Shown: positions 35,568-44,389 of the stretch, piece by piece
Position numbering within the stretch: position 1 is the first letter of the stretch
How the letters are laid out: the number at the start of each line of letters is the position of its first letter
NCBI GenBank assembly: GCA_017466685.1
Contig: JAFTTS010000118.1
Coordinates: 9,899-73,898 of the forward strand
Direction: 5' to 3'
DNA: 64,000 nt
Source: Clostridia bacterium
GTDB lineage: Bacteria; Bacillota; Clostridia; Oscillospirales; CAG-272
Notes under the pieces: generated by a model
The model's database searches: none
Seen by the model: the letters and a program-made list of their open reading frames with translations, nothing else
Told to the model about the DNA's origin: nothing
Program-made: the position numbers and the translations under genes

Positions 35568-37090
35568 CAGTCTCCGACTCCTCTCGACTGCGGATTGAAC
35601 GCATCACGCAGACCGTTTCCGAAAAGATTGAACGAAATGAGCAACAGTGAAAAATAGAGTGCGGGAAACAGCATTGCGTGCGGTGAGGTGGTCATCGAGG
35701 TCTGTCCCTGAGACATGAGCGTTCCGAGACTCGTTCCGACAAATTCGGTTAAATTGATTATGCCGAGATAGGTCAGCGTCGTTTCGGAAATGATGACGCT
35801 CGGAATAACAAGCGCACAGCCCGTAACCAGTGTTCCAAGCGAATTTGGGAAAATATGCGCGAACATAAGCCGCTTGTCCGATGCACCGAGAGTCCGTGCG
35901 GCAAGGACAAATTCACGTCCCTTATAACGGTAAAACTGCTTTCTCGTCAGTGCCGCCATAGATATCCACCCCGTCAGAACAAACGCAAACAGAAACGACA
36001 CGACCGTACCGACTCTCTGCGCTAAATGAAGCGAAAACAGCGTCGCCACGACGATAAACGGCATACCCGACAAAATGTCTGCAATACGGTCAAGAACAAG
36101 ATCGACCGTGCCTCCGTAATATCCCTGTATCGCGCCGTATATCGCACCGATGGTCAGATTGATCAAAGACACTGCAAGCGCAAACAAAAGCGAAAAACGT
36201 GCGCCGATCCCTATTGCCGAGAAAAGATCCTGCCCGAGCGAGTTTGTTCCGAGGATATACATCGGTGTCCTGCCGTTTAAATAGCGGTAATAGTTATAGT
36301 AGCAAACGCGGCATTCAACTGCTCCACCCTTTTTTTGGCTGTATATATAGCTGCCATCATCACCTGCGATGCGTATGCTGTTATATTCCATACCCTCTGC
36401 GGATTTATCGCTTGAATATGCAGGTATCAGCTCGCCGTTTTCGTCATATATCGGCGTCCCCTTTGAATCCGAAACACAGTACCATATATTCGACGAGCTC
36501 ACATTCGCACCAACCTTCTCACGGCTCACATACGGATATATGACCTGTACGCCCGTCTCATTCTGATATTCAAGTATATCGCGAAACTCCGCCGGTGTCA
36601 TAACTCGCATCACAACTCCAACCTCATAATATTTGTTCACCTTGATCTTATAAGTGACACTTCTCGTTTCCTCACCACGAAAGTTCGTCACGCTGACGTC
36701 CTCGTCGATTATGCGGATAACGGGATCCATACCTGTCTCTTTTCCGATAGCGTGAAGATAAGCAAGCTGTGTTTCGTTCTGACTCTCTCTTGAAACGCCG
36801 CCATCCATAAAACCGATAGCGGATGTTGCCTCGGTGTAAGGCGGAAAATTAATATAAACCGAATCCTTGTCCGTAATTGTGTACGGTGATATCATCGGCG
36901 CAAGGACGGCATAAATTATCAGAAGCGTTATAATAACCGCCGCCGCAACAGAGGATTTGTTTTTCCGAAAGCGGATAAGCGCATCGGCAAAATATCCGCG
37001 GGAAGCCCGTTTGGTTTCACTTTGCATACGATTCTCCGAGCGTTCGGCGAAACGTAATTTTTCCTTTGGAATGTGACCGTAATCATCCAT
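35567..37090 (-). CDS. ABC permease (OppC-like) with a large extracytoplasmic insertion
   Basis: It has a BPD-transporter core (LGTNSLGQDLFS..., EAA-loop-like region AARTLGASDKRLMFAHIFPN). About 200 extra residues lie between TM1 and the core. I start it at ATG 37090 (GAGGTG 6 nt upstream). The track ORF starts at 37144, inside the upstream gene. Confidence 0.82.
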   Translation of the reverse strand: MDDYGHIPKEKLRFAERSENRMQSETKRASRGYFADALIRFRKNKSSVAAAVIITLLIIYAVLAPMISPYTITDKDSVYINFPPYTEATSAIGFMDGGVSRESQNETQLAYLHAIGKETGMDPVIRIIDEDVSVTNFRGEETRSVTYKIKVNKYYEVGVVMRVMTPAEFRDILEYQNETGVQVIYPYVSREKVGANVSSSNIWYCVSDSKGTPIYDENGELIPAYSSDKSAEGMEYNSIRIAGDDGSYIYSQKKGGAVECRVCYYNYYRYLNGRTPMYILGTNSLGQDLFSAIGIGARFSLLFALAVSLINLTIGAIYGAIQGYYGGTVDLVLDRIADILSGMPFIVVATLFSLHLAQRVGTVVSFLFAFVLTGWISMAALTRKQFYRYKGREFVLAARTLGASDKRLMFAHIFPNSLGTLVTGCALVIPSVIISETTLTYLGIINLTEFVGTSLGTLMSQGQTSMTTSPHAMLFPALYFSLLLISFNLFGNGLRDAFNPQSRGVGD

Positions 37091-37100
37091 AAACATCACC

Positions 37101-38054
37101 TCACTTTCTTGAACCGATTCTGATTCGCGGATCGATAAACCCATAGCTTATATCAACAACGATACTCGCAATAAGACCAACCGCCGTGTAAAAGACGGTC
37201 AGCATCATAAACATCGGCAGATCACGCCCGTTAATCGAGTTGATATAAAGATTGCCCACACCGGGTATCGCGAAAATACGTTCAATGATCAATGAACCGC
37301 TCAAGATCGCAACGAAATTTCCAAGTATCGCCGGAAGCACCACGACCATCGAATTTTTCAGTGCATGACGTATCGCCGCCTGAGTTCGTGTCAGACCTTT
37401 AGCCCTCGCAAGAAGCATGAAATCGCTCGTCAACACCTCGGAAAGCTCTGCACGTGTGGTACGGGTGAAATTTGCGATAACGCCGAGGGAAAGCGACAGT
37501 ATGGCAGGAAGCATCGAAACAAACATTTCGGGCGAAAAATAGTCCGTTCCCGATTTCATTAAAAACGGCAATAGTCCTAACTTGTATGAGAGAAAATACT
37601 GTATCAAAAACGCATAAACGAACGACGGCACCGAGATTCCGACCATAGTCAGCGTTGATATCGTGTGATCGGTAAGGCTGTTTTTTCTGACGGCGGCTAA
37701 AATTCCGAGTCCGATTCCGATGGGAATACTAAAAAGAATCGAATAAAGATTAACAATTATAGTCACGGGCAGCTTATCCGCAAATATCGCCGAAACCTCC
37801 TGCCCGATATACAGCTTATCGCTTATACCGAAATCCCAACGTGTCAGAACATTTTTTAAAAATATCCCAAACTGTACAAGATAGGGCTTGTTATATCCCT
37901 GTGCCTCTCGACGCGCCTCGATAACCTCTGTGTGAATATCACCCGGAGCCAATTCCGCCGGCGGCAGCATTCTGACAAGCACAAAGCAGATACCCGTTAT
38001 GATAAGCAGTGTCAGAAGCATGAGAAGTATTCTCTCGATAATATATTTAACCAT
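37101..38054 (-). CDS. ABC permease (OppB-like)
   Basis: 317 aa. The N-terminus MVKYIIERILLMLLTLLIITGICFVLVRMLP is typical of OppB/DppB. EAA-loop region LLARAKGLTRTQAAIRHALKNS. Confidence 0.9.
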   Translation of the reverse strand: MVKYIIERILLMLLTLLIITGICFVLVRMLPPAELAPGDIHTEVIEARREAQGYNKPYLVQFGIFLKNVLTRWDFGISDKLYIGQEVSAIFADKLPVTIIVNLYSILFSIPIGIGLGILAAVRKNSLTDHTISTLTMVGISVPSFVYAFLIQYFLSYKLGLLPFLMKSGTDYFSPEMFVSMLPAILSLSLGVIANFTRTTRAELSEVLTSDFMLLARAKGLTRTQAAIRHALKNSMVVVLPAILGNFVAILSGSLIIERIFAIPGVGNLYINSINGRDLPMFMMLTVFYTAVGLIASIVVDISYGFIDPRIRIGSRK

Positions 38055-38065
38055 ATTTCACCAAA

Positions 38066-40228
38066 TCAGTATTTAAGCTCGCCGCCATTTTCCCTGACGT
38101 AAGCATTCCACTCCGAGTCGCTGTAATTGTAACCGAGATACGCAATTCCGCCGCGTCCCATAACGGGATTATAATCGTCGATCACGTAGTAAGCCTTTTT
38201 TGAAAGAAGCGTTACCGATGCATCCTGGAGCATAGGGATATAATTATACGTTGAAAGCACACTTCCCTCTATCGCCGAAAGGATCGAAAGTCTCGTTGCA
38301 ACATCGGAAATACCCGAACCGAAATTGTAGTCCTCGCCGCCAATAGTAACCGTTTGACCGTTAAGCGCATCAGACCACTCGCGAAGCGTCATCGTTACAT
38401 TTCGCATCACAGCAGCTTCACCGAGCGGTGCAACATTAACGTCAAGCGATATCGACACAGAGGATGAATCGAACCAATTCGCGTCATACTGATAGGTCGG
38501 ATCGACATAAAGATTCGTCAGCGAAAATGGATCGAGCACAGAACCGCTCCAACCGCCGAGTACAGTATCGGAAAGTCCCGATTTAAGCTTATTCACCCAG
38601 TCGTTGCCATATGGTGCGGACTTGACAAAGGAAACTCGGTTTTCAAACGGTGTACCTGCCGTAACCTCTGCCATTTTCTTATTAAGATAATCCACCGTCT
38701 TTGTCATGAAATCGCTGTCCGATGAAACGCAGTATTCGATGATGACCGTCTGATCGGAAACACCGTCACTGTTCGAATCGGTGATATACCCTGCCGCAAT
38801 TGCCTCGTCAAACGCCGCTTCGTAATAATCGCGTGCGGTTTCGGGATCATAACCCGTGATCGATGCAACAGCTCTGTCAAGGTCGGTCTCCTCGCTTGTT
38901 GGAACACTGTAAAAGTCACACAGCACCCTTTTCGCCGCATCCGTGTCACGGTAACGGAGCAGGTTTTCGGGATCGTAAAGATAGGAGTCGCCGATAAGTC
39001 CGAGCGCACCCGAACGCGCAGGAGATATCGTTGAAGCGAAAAGCTCCTTGTCGTAGCTTAAGGCAATTGCACGTCTGAACGGCAGGAGCGTCATCGTTTG
39101 AAGGTCATTTTTTGCGGTGTCAAAGCCTGCACTTGCTTCACGACTTGCAATTGCATCCGCATATCCGTTGAGTATCAGGAAAAACACCGTTTCCGAAGGA
39201 GTTTCATGTGCAAAGGCACTGTTTCGGTATGAGTCAAAATCCTCTGCCTGAAGCGTGTATGTCATGAGCTCACCACGGAGAAACATCATCTTCGCCGTTG
39301 CGGCTTCGGCAATAACCTGCGTATCAATCGCCGTCGTCTGATACATATCACGTTTCTCACCGCTTATCGGATCAATAAACTCATGCTGACCGTCCGTATA
39401 GCCGTACCATTCTTCATTTCTCTCAAAACGCATGGACTTGTCCTTCTGATATGAAACAAGCTTGTAAGGACCGTACGACATGGTTGTGTCAACGCTTGTA
39501 TTGTAGCTCGAAAACCAGGCATTTCCCTCTTTTGTAAGACACTTTTCGTAAAGCTCCTCATAAACGATAAAATTGCTTGTAAGAGCGTAAACAAGATCAA
39601 AGCCTCCAAGTGCCTTTGCAAGGACGAGCGTTATCTCATATTCACCCGATTTATATAAACCGACATCCGAAAAATTCGCGTTTTCGCCTTTGGCATAAGC
39701 CTCTGCGCCTGCGATACTGAAATTTCCCGAATAGTAGTCCGAAGCACGGTAATTGAGCAGCTCGGGACTCAAAAGACGTTTCATTGAATAAACATATGTG
39801 TCGGCATTGATCGGCGTACCATCCTCCCATTTTGCATCAGGGTTAAGTGCGATCGTGTACGCATATCCGCTCACAGCCGAGGCAGGAATATTAAATTCGG
39901 GATGCTCGTCACGTACCCTATCTGTAACGTCAACGGGAATATCCGCCGCCATTTCGGGAATGACCTTGTATCCTTCGAACGGTGCTTTTCCCTCCACCTT
40001 ATGAAGCTCGTCATTGAACACCAAGGAATAAAATCCCACGCGTAAAAACTCCGAGGGATAGTTATCGCTGACGGTTTCATAGGTGTGCGGATTCCAGTTT
40101 GTCGCCATCGTGGAAACGTAATCGTTATAGGTAAAGCTATCGGTATCCGTGCTGTCATTGCCGCCGCATCCGACAAGCAGGTTCGCCGAAAGTATCAAAA
40201 TAATAAAAAGCGCAATATATCTTTTCAC
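38066..40228 (-). CDS. Family-5 (Opp/Dpp-type) extracellular solute-binding lipoprotein, enlarged (720 aa)
   Basis: I start it at GTG 40228 (GGAGG 8 nt upstream), giving VKRYIALFIILILSANLLVGCGG (lipobox). The 775-aa track ORF extends through the promoter region. The body resembles family-5 solute-binding proteins but is about 180 aa longer than usual. Confidence 0.78.
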   Translation of the reverse strand: MKRYIALFIILILSANLLVGCGGNDSTDTDSFTYNDYVSTMATNWNPHTYETVSDNYPSEFLRVGFYSLVFNDELHKVEGKAPFEGYKVIPEMAADIPVDVTDRVRDEHPEFNIPASAVSGYAYTIALNPDAKWEDGTPINADTYVYSMKRLLSPELLNYRASDYYSGNFSIAGAEAYAKGENANFSDVGLYKSGEYEITLVLAKALGGFDLVYALTSNFIVYEELYEKCLTKEGNAWFSSYNTSVDTTMSYGPYKLVSYQKDKSMRFERNEEWYGYTDGQHEFIDPISGEKRDMYQTTAIDTQVIAEAATAKMMFLRGELMTYTLQAEDFDSYRNSAFAHETPSETVFFLILNGYADAIASREASAGFDTAKNDLQTMTLLPFRRAIALSYDKELFASTISPARSGALGLIGDSYLYDPENLLRYRDTDAAKRVLCDFYSVPTSEETDLDRAVASITGYDPETARDYYEAAFDEAIAAGYITDSNSDGVSDQTVIIEYCVSSDSDFMTKTVDYLNKKMAEVTAGTPFENRVSFVKSAPYGNDWVNKLKSGLSDTVLGGWSGSVLDPFSLTNLYVDPTYQYDANWFDSSSVSISLDVNVAPLGEAAVMRNVTMTLREWSDALNGQTVTIGGEDYNFGSGISDVATRLSILSAIEGSVLSTYNYIPMLQDASVTLLSKKAYYVIDDYNPVMGRGGIAYLGYNYSDSEWNAYVRENGGELKY

Positions 40229-40325
40229 AGTGTTTTCCTCCGAAAAATCATATCGGTTATTATTCTGTCCCGAAAATGTTTTATAATACTTACACTGACA
40301 TAAATATGCCATTCCAAAAATATGA

Positions 40326-40354
40326 TTGACAGAACGCAAAAAAGATTGTATAAT
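40326..40354 (+). promoter_or_regulatory. Sigma-A promoter for the gpsA-like gene
   Basis: TTGACA-17 nt-TATAAT (TTGACAGAACGCAAAAAAGATTGTATAAT). Confidence 0.65.
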
Positions 40355-40363
40355 ATATATAGT

Positions 40364-40400
40364 TTGGAATAAAACTCGATATAATTGGAACAAAACTCGT
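40364..40400. repeat. Two direct repeats TTGGAAyAAAACTCG phased 21 bp apart
   Basis: TTGGAATAAAACTCGA (40364-40379) and TTGGAACAAAACTCGT (40385-40400) match at 14 of 16 positions. They lie between the gpsA promoter and its ATG, in the divergent region shared with the ABC operon. Confidence 0.8.
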
Positions 40401-40419
40401 AATTCGAAAGGTTTTTATA

Positions 40420-41376
40420 ATGAATATAACAGTTATCGGTTGCGGAAGATGGGGCAGCTGTATTGCGTGGTATCTCGACAAGCTCGGTCATAATGTTTCC
40501 CTTTACGGCAGAAAAGAGTCGAGAAATATGCAGTCTCTCATCACGCAAAGAAAAAATGAATATATGACATTTCCCGAAACCATCTCACTGACGACAGATA
40601 TTGAAACGGCAAAGGAAGCGGAAGTTATAGTAATTTCCATTGATTCGCAGGGACTTCGTTCGCTCTGCCGTGAGCTTGATGCACTCGGACTGAAGGATAA
40701 AATATTCGTCCTCTGCATGAAAGGAATCGAGAACACGACCTGCGAGCGGCTTTCAGAAATCATCAAAAAAGAACTCGATCCAAGCAACAAATGTGCAGTC
40801 TGGCTCGGTCCGGGACACGTTGAGGAGTTCAGCCGCGGTATACAGAACTGCATGGTTATCGACAGTGAGGACGAGAACGTAAAGTCACTTATCATAGACG
40901 CCTTTTCCGGTGGAGCGATACGCTTTTATTACGGCAGTGACCTCATCGGAAATGAGATCGGTGCAGCATCGAAAAACGTTATCGGAGTTGCGGCAGGTAT
41001 GCTTGACGGAGTTGGTATGACCTCGCTCAAGGGCGCACTGATGTCACGCGGTGCAAGAGAAATAGCAAGACTTATCGCGGCGTGCGGCGGAAACGAGCTG
41101 TCGGCATACGGTCTCTGTCACCTCGGCGATTATCAGGCAACCGTTTTTTCAGAGTACAGTCACAACCGTGCATTCGGCGAGAGCTTTATCCGCGGAGAAA
41201 AATTCACTAAGCTCGCCGAGGGATATTACACGGTTCCAGCCCTTATAAAAATGGCGGAGAAATATAACGTGGAGCTTCCGATATGCAGAGCGGTGTATGA
41301 TATTTTATACTGCGGTGTCAAGCCGGAGGTCGCACTGACAAAGCTGTTTGACCGTTCACAAAAGCAGGAATTCTGA
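40420..41376 (+). CDS. gpsA: NAD(P)H-dependent glycerol-3-phosphate dehydrogenase family protein
   Basis: 318 aa. Rossmann N-terminus MNITVIGCGRWGSCIAWYL, plus GPGHVEE and GLCHLGDYQATVFSEYSHNRAFG (compare GDLxLTCxSxxSRNRxxG). Confidence 0.8.
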   Translation: MNITVIGCGRWGSCIAWYLDKLGHNVSLYGRKESRNMQSLITQRKNEYMTFPETISLTTDIETAKEAEVIVISIDSQGLRSLCRELDALGLKDKIFVLCMKGIENTTCERLSEIIKKELDPSNKCAVWLGPGHVEEFSRGIQNCMVIDSEDENVKSLIIDAFSGGAIRFYYGSDLIGNEIGAASKNVIGVAAGMLDGVGMTSLKGALMSRGAREIARLIAACGGNELSAYGLCHLGDYQATVFSEYSHNRAFGESFIRGEKFTKLAEGYYTVPALIKMAEKYNVELPICRAVYDILYCGVKPEVALTKLFDRSQKQEF

Positions 41377-41416
41377 TTATTCTGTCCGATAATTTTGACA
41401 AATTTTCATACGGATA

Positions 41417-41445
41417 TTGACAATTCGCACTTTATGTCGTATAAT
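41417..41445 (+). promoter_or_regulatory. Sigma-A promoter for the YegP-family gene
   Basis: TTGACA-17 nt-TATAAT (TTGACAATTCGCACTTTATGTCGTATAAT). Confidence 0.65.
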
Positions 41446-41501
41446 ATATTTGTATAATTTTGAAAAATATCGCATTATGCGAAAAAACGGAGGATAATAT
41501 C

Positions 41502-41870
41502 ATGGGAAAATTTGTTATCAAGGAAACCGCATCCGGCGTAAAGTTTGACCTCGTTGCAGGTAACGGTCAGATCATCGCAACATCCGAGGTGTATGCTGCA
41601 GAAGCATCCTGTCTCAAGGGTATCGAGAGCGTAAAGAAGAATGCTCCCATCGCAAATGTTGAGGATCAGACAGCAGAGCCTGTTGTCGCTGCAACAAATC
41701 CGAAATTTGAAATGTACACCGACAAGGCAGGCGAATACCGTTTCCGTCTCAAGGCACGCAACGGTGAGATCATCGCAACATCCGAGGGTTACACCGCAAA
41801 GGCAGGCTGTGAAAACGGTATCGAAAGCGTAAGAAAGAACGCTGCCGATGCAGAGATCGTAAAGGCATAA
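41502..41870 (+). CDS. YegP-family protein (tandem DUF1508 domains)
   Basis: The start is ATG 41502 (GGAGGA upstream). It has two repeats of the pattern FxLxAxNGxIIATSExYxxxxxCxxGIESVxKNA. Confidence 0.85.
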   Translation: MGKFVIKETASGVKFDLVAGNGQIIATSEVYAAEASCLKGIESVKKNAPIANVEDQTAEPVVAATNPKFEMYTDKAGEYRFRLKARNGEIIATSEGYTAKAGCENGIESVRKNAADAEIVKA

Positions 41871-41884
41871 AGGTTTATACATAC

Positions 41885-41926
41885 AAACCGACCGGGCTTC
41901 ATAAAACGGAGCTCGGTTTTGTTTTT
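41885..41926 (+). terminator. Hairpin terminator after the YegP gene
   Basis: AAACCGA (41885-41891) pairs with TCGGTTT (41913-41919), with an inner CCG/CGG pairing, followed by TGTTTTT. Confidence 0.6.
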
Positions 41927-41947
41927 AAAAATATTTGTTTATACCAC

Positions 41948-41976
41948 TTGACAAAGGGTTTCGAGTGTGATATAAT
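41948..41976 (+). promoter_or_regulatory. Strong sigma-A promoter for tRNA-Ser
   Basis: CTTGACAAAGGGTTTCGAGTGTGATATAATATATTGG, that is TTGACA-17-TATAAT with a TG extension. Confidence 0.75.
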
Positions 41977-42013
41977 ATATTGGTCACGTGAAGTGACGTA
42001 CAATTTAATATAC

Positions 42014-42103
42014 GGAGAGATATCGAAGTGGTCATAACGGGGCTGACTCGAAATCAGTTTGTGCCAAAAGCACACGAGGGTTCGAATCCCTCTCTCTCCG
42101 CCA
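42014..42103 (+). tRNA. tRNA-Ser (anticodon CGA)
   Basis: GGAGAGATATCGAAGTGGTCATAACGGGGCTGACTCGAAATCAGTTTGTGCCAAAAGCACACGAGGGTTCGAATCCCTCTCTCTCCGCCA. The acceptor stem GGAGAGA/TCTCTCC, the long variable arm and the encoded CCA are all present. Confidence 0.92.
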
Positions 42104-42171
42104 CATTGAGCCTGAAATCTCGGATTTTGGGCTTTTCTCATATATACAAATAAAATTCAGGGGACTATATT

Positions 42172-43197
42172 ATGAAATCAAAAACAAAAGAACAAGGACT
42201 GTTTCTGTTTGGTATTGCAATATGCTTTTCAGTAGCCGGATTGTCGGTTTTTGCGGAAAAGTTGATTCCTGGAGGACTATTGGGTGCATCGATTATCGCC
42301 TTGTTTTCGGGCACAATTATCAATAGCTTTTTTCATCCCGCATGGATAAAACCTGCGCTCAAATTCGCATCCAAAAAAATTTTGAAAGCAGCCATTGTCT
42401 TGTTGGGCGCATCTTTATCAATCACTACGATTATGTCGGTAGGTAAGATGACCTTCTTTGTGATGATCTTTACATTCGCTATGTGTTTTGGCGGAGGCTA
42501 TTTTGTTCGTAAGTTTTTCGGTTTAAACTGGAAGCTGAGCAATTTAATTTCTGCAGGCACAGGCATTTGCGGTGGTTCCGCCATAGCAGCGATTGCCCCT
42601 GTAATTGATGCTGATGACAAAGATATCGCCTTCGCGATGTCATCTACCTTTCTTTTCGACATGGTGATGATCGCCTTGTATCCACTCATGGGCAAGGCAT
42701 TGGGCATGACCGATATTGCCTACGGAATTTGGGCCGGAACATCCGTCAATGATACCGCCAGCGTCGTTGCTTCCGGATATGCTTTTTCTGAAATTGCCGG
42801 TGACTTTGCCACGATGGTCAAGCTCACTCGAACGATTGCGATTATTCCCACGGTGCTGGTATTTGCATATATAGGTACTCGAATGAAGCAAAAGGAACTG
42901 AAAGCCGCCAACAACGGTAAAAAGGTTAACATGGTAAAAATCATCCCTTGGTTTATCTGCGGTTTTTTATTACTGGCTATATTAAACAGTGTGGGCTGCA
43001 TTCCTGTGGCCGCATCCGGAATTATCAAGAGTACCAGCAAATTTTTGATGGTTACTGCCCTGGCGGCAATTGGACTTGGGACAAGTATAACCGATTTTAA
43101 GAAAGCCGGTTTGAAGCCTATGTTTTACGGCATCACAATTGACACCTTGGTAACCTTGACCGCCCTTGTCGTAATTTGGTTCATGGGATTGATGTAA
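42172..43197 (+). CDS. YeiH/UPF0324-family putative sulfate exporter-type membrane protein
   Basis: 341 aa polytopic protein. GTGICGGSAIAAIAPV and WAGTSVNDTASVVA motifs are typical of the family. Confidence 0.78.
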   Translation: MKSKTKEQGLFLFGIAICFSVAGLSVFAEKLIPGGLLGASIIALFSGTIINSFFHPAWIKPALKFASKKILKAAIVLLGASLSITTIMSVGKMTFFVMIFTFAMCFGGGYFVRKFFGLNWKLSNLISAGTGICGGSAIAAIAPVIDADDKDIAFAMSSTFLFDMVMIALYPLMGKALGMTDIAYGIWAGTSVNDTASVVASGYAFSEIAGDFATMVKLTRTIAIIPTVLVFAYIGTRMKQKELKAANNGKKVNMVKIIPWFICGFLLLAILNSVGCIPVAASGIIKSTSKFLMVTALAAIGLGTSITDFKKAGLKPMFYGITIDTLVTLTALVVIWFMGLM

Positions 43198-43294
43198 TAA
43201 TCAGTTTGTGTCCAAAAGAAGTCAATTTTTTCTCGACACAATACCTTTTCACACAGCTTTGTCATAGCGCATATACTGTGGTCGAGGTGATATA

Positions 43295-43741
43295 ATGAAC
43301 CGTTCCCCATCACGTCCCGATGCCGTTGCATATATAAGCGGCGGACATGACGCACCGCATCTTTTCGGAGAGGTGAGATTCTATCAAAATCCCACAAATG
43401 TGCTGATCACAGCCGACATCTCAAATCTTCCGAAAAACAGCGAAACCGGCTTCTTTGCTTTTCACATTCATGAGGGTGAGAGCTGCGGCGGTGATGATTT
43501 CGCAAATACGGGCAGTCACTATAACCCGAATATGACACCCCATCCAAATCATGCAGGTGATCTCCCACCGTTGTTATTCTGTAATGGCGGCGCATATCTT
43601 TCGGTTAAAACAGATCGTTTCCGTGTTGCGGATATCATCGGGCGCACCGTCGTGATACACAGCGACGCAGATGATTTCGTGTCCCAGCCTGCAGGTAACG
43701 CCGGCAAGAAGATTGCGTGCGGTGTCATCCGTCGGATGTAA
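43295..43741 (+). CDS. sodC: Cu/Zn superoxide dismutase-family protein without signal peptide
   Basis: 148 aa. Ligand pattern FHIHEGESCGG, GSHYNP, HPNHAGDLP, VVIHSDADDF and CGVI. There is no N-terminal hydrophobic segment. Confidence 0.8.
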   Translation: MNRSPSRPDAVAYISGGHDAPHLFGEVRFYQNPTNVLITADISNLPKNSETGFFAFHIHEGESCGGDDFANTGSHYNPNMTPHPNHAGDLPPLLFCNGGAYLSVKTDRFRVADIIGRTVVIHSDADDFVSQPAGNAGKKIACGVIRRM

Positions 43742-43760
43742 CATACAGCCATATCCGGGT

Positions 43761-43806
43761 AAAAAAAGCTGACAGCAAAACGTACACTGTCAGCGATTTT
43801 ATTTTT
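43761..43806. terminator. Bidirectional hairpin between sodC-like and chrA genes
   Basis: GCTGACAG (43768-43775) pairs with CTGTCAGC (43787-43794), flanked by AAAAAAA on the left and GATTTTATTTTT on the right. Confidence 0.75.
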
Positions 43807-44389
43807 ACAGCACAGATTCAAGCCCGTAGAAAAGCATACCGAGTGCCGCCGAAATGAGTATCATTATTATCGGAGAAGGCTTCTTATTTTTTATCTTCTT
43901 ATAAACAAACGCAATCGCAAGTATGATCGCGAAAATAATAATTCCGATTATGTCAACATTAAAGCCGCCGTCGAGCGTTGAAAAACCAAACAGCGTACTC
44001 ATAAGCATCGTAAGTCCGGTTGCAACGATAAGACCGACAACCGTGGGACGTATACCGCCAAGAAAAGCCTGAACGCCTTCATATTTAAGGAAATTACGCA
44101 TCACTGCCGCAATCAGCAGGATGATACAGAAGGCAGGAAGAACGACACCGAGCGTTGCCAAAAATGCACCTAAAACACCGCCTTCGGATGAGCCGATAAA
44201 GGTTGCCATATTGACAGCAATCGGGCCGGGGGTTGACTCAGAAACAGCGATCATGTTAAGGAGCTCTTCCTCGGCAAGCCAACCGTGCGCAAGAACCTTT
44301 TCACGAATAAGCGAGAGCATACCGTAACCGCCGCCGAAAGAAACCGCACCGATTTCAAGAAATGTTATAAACAGCTTCCAGAAAATCAT
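43805..44389 (-). CDS. chrA: Chromate transporter (ChrA) half-size subunit
   Basis: 194 aa. SFGGGYGMLSLIREKV...ESTPGPIAVNMATFIG is typical of the CHR family. It is paired with a second half-size gene. Confidence 0.85.
   Translation of the reverse strand: MIFWKLFITFLEIGAVSFGGGYGMLSLIREKVLAHGWLAEEELLNMIAVSESTPGPIAVNMATFIGSSEGGVLGAFLATLGVVLPAFCIILLIAAVMRNFLKYEGVQAFLGGIRPTVVGLIVATGLTMLMSTLFGFSTLDGGFNVDIIGIIIFAIILAIAFVYKKIKNKKPSPIIMILISAALGMLFYGLESVL

Noticed and set aside
41899-42141. An 80-aa minus-strand ORF.
   Set aside because: It covers the tRNA-Ser gene and its promoter in antisense, so it is spurious.
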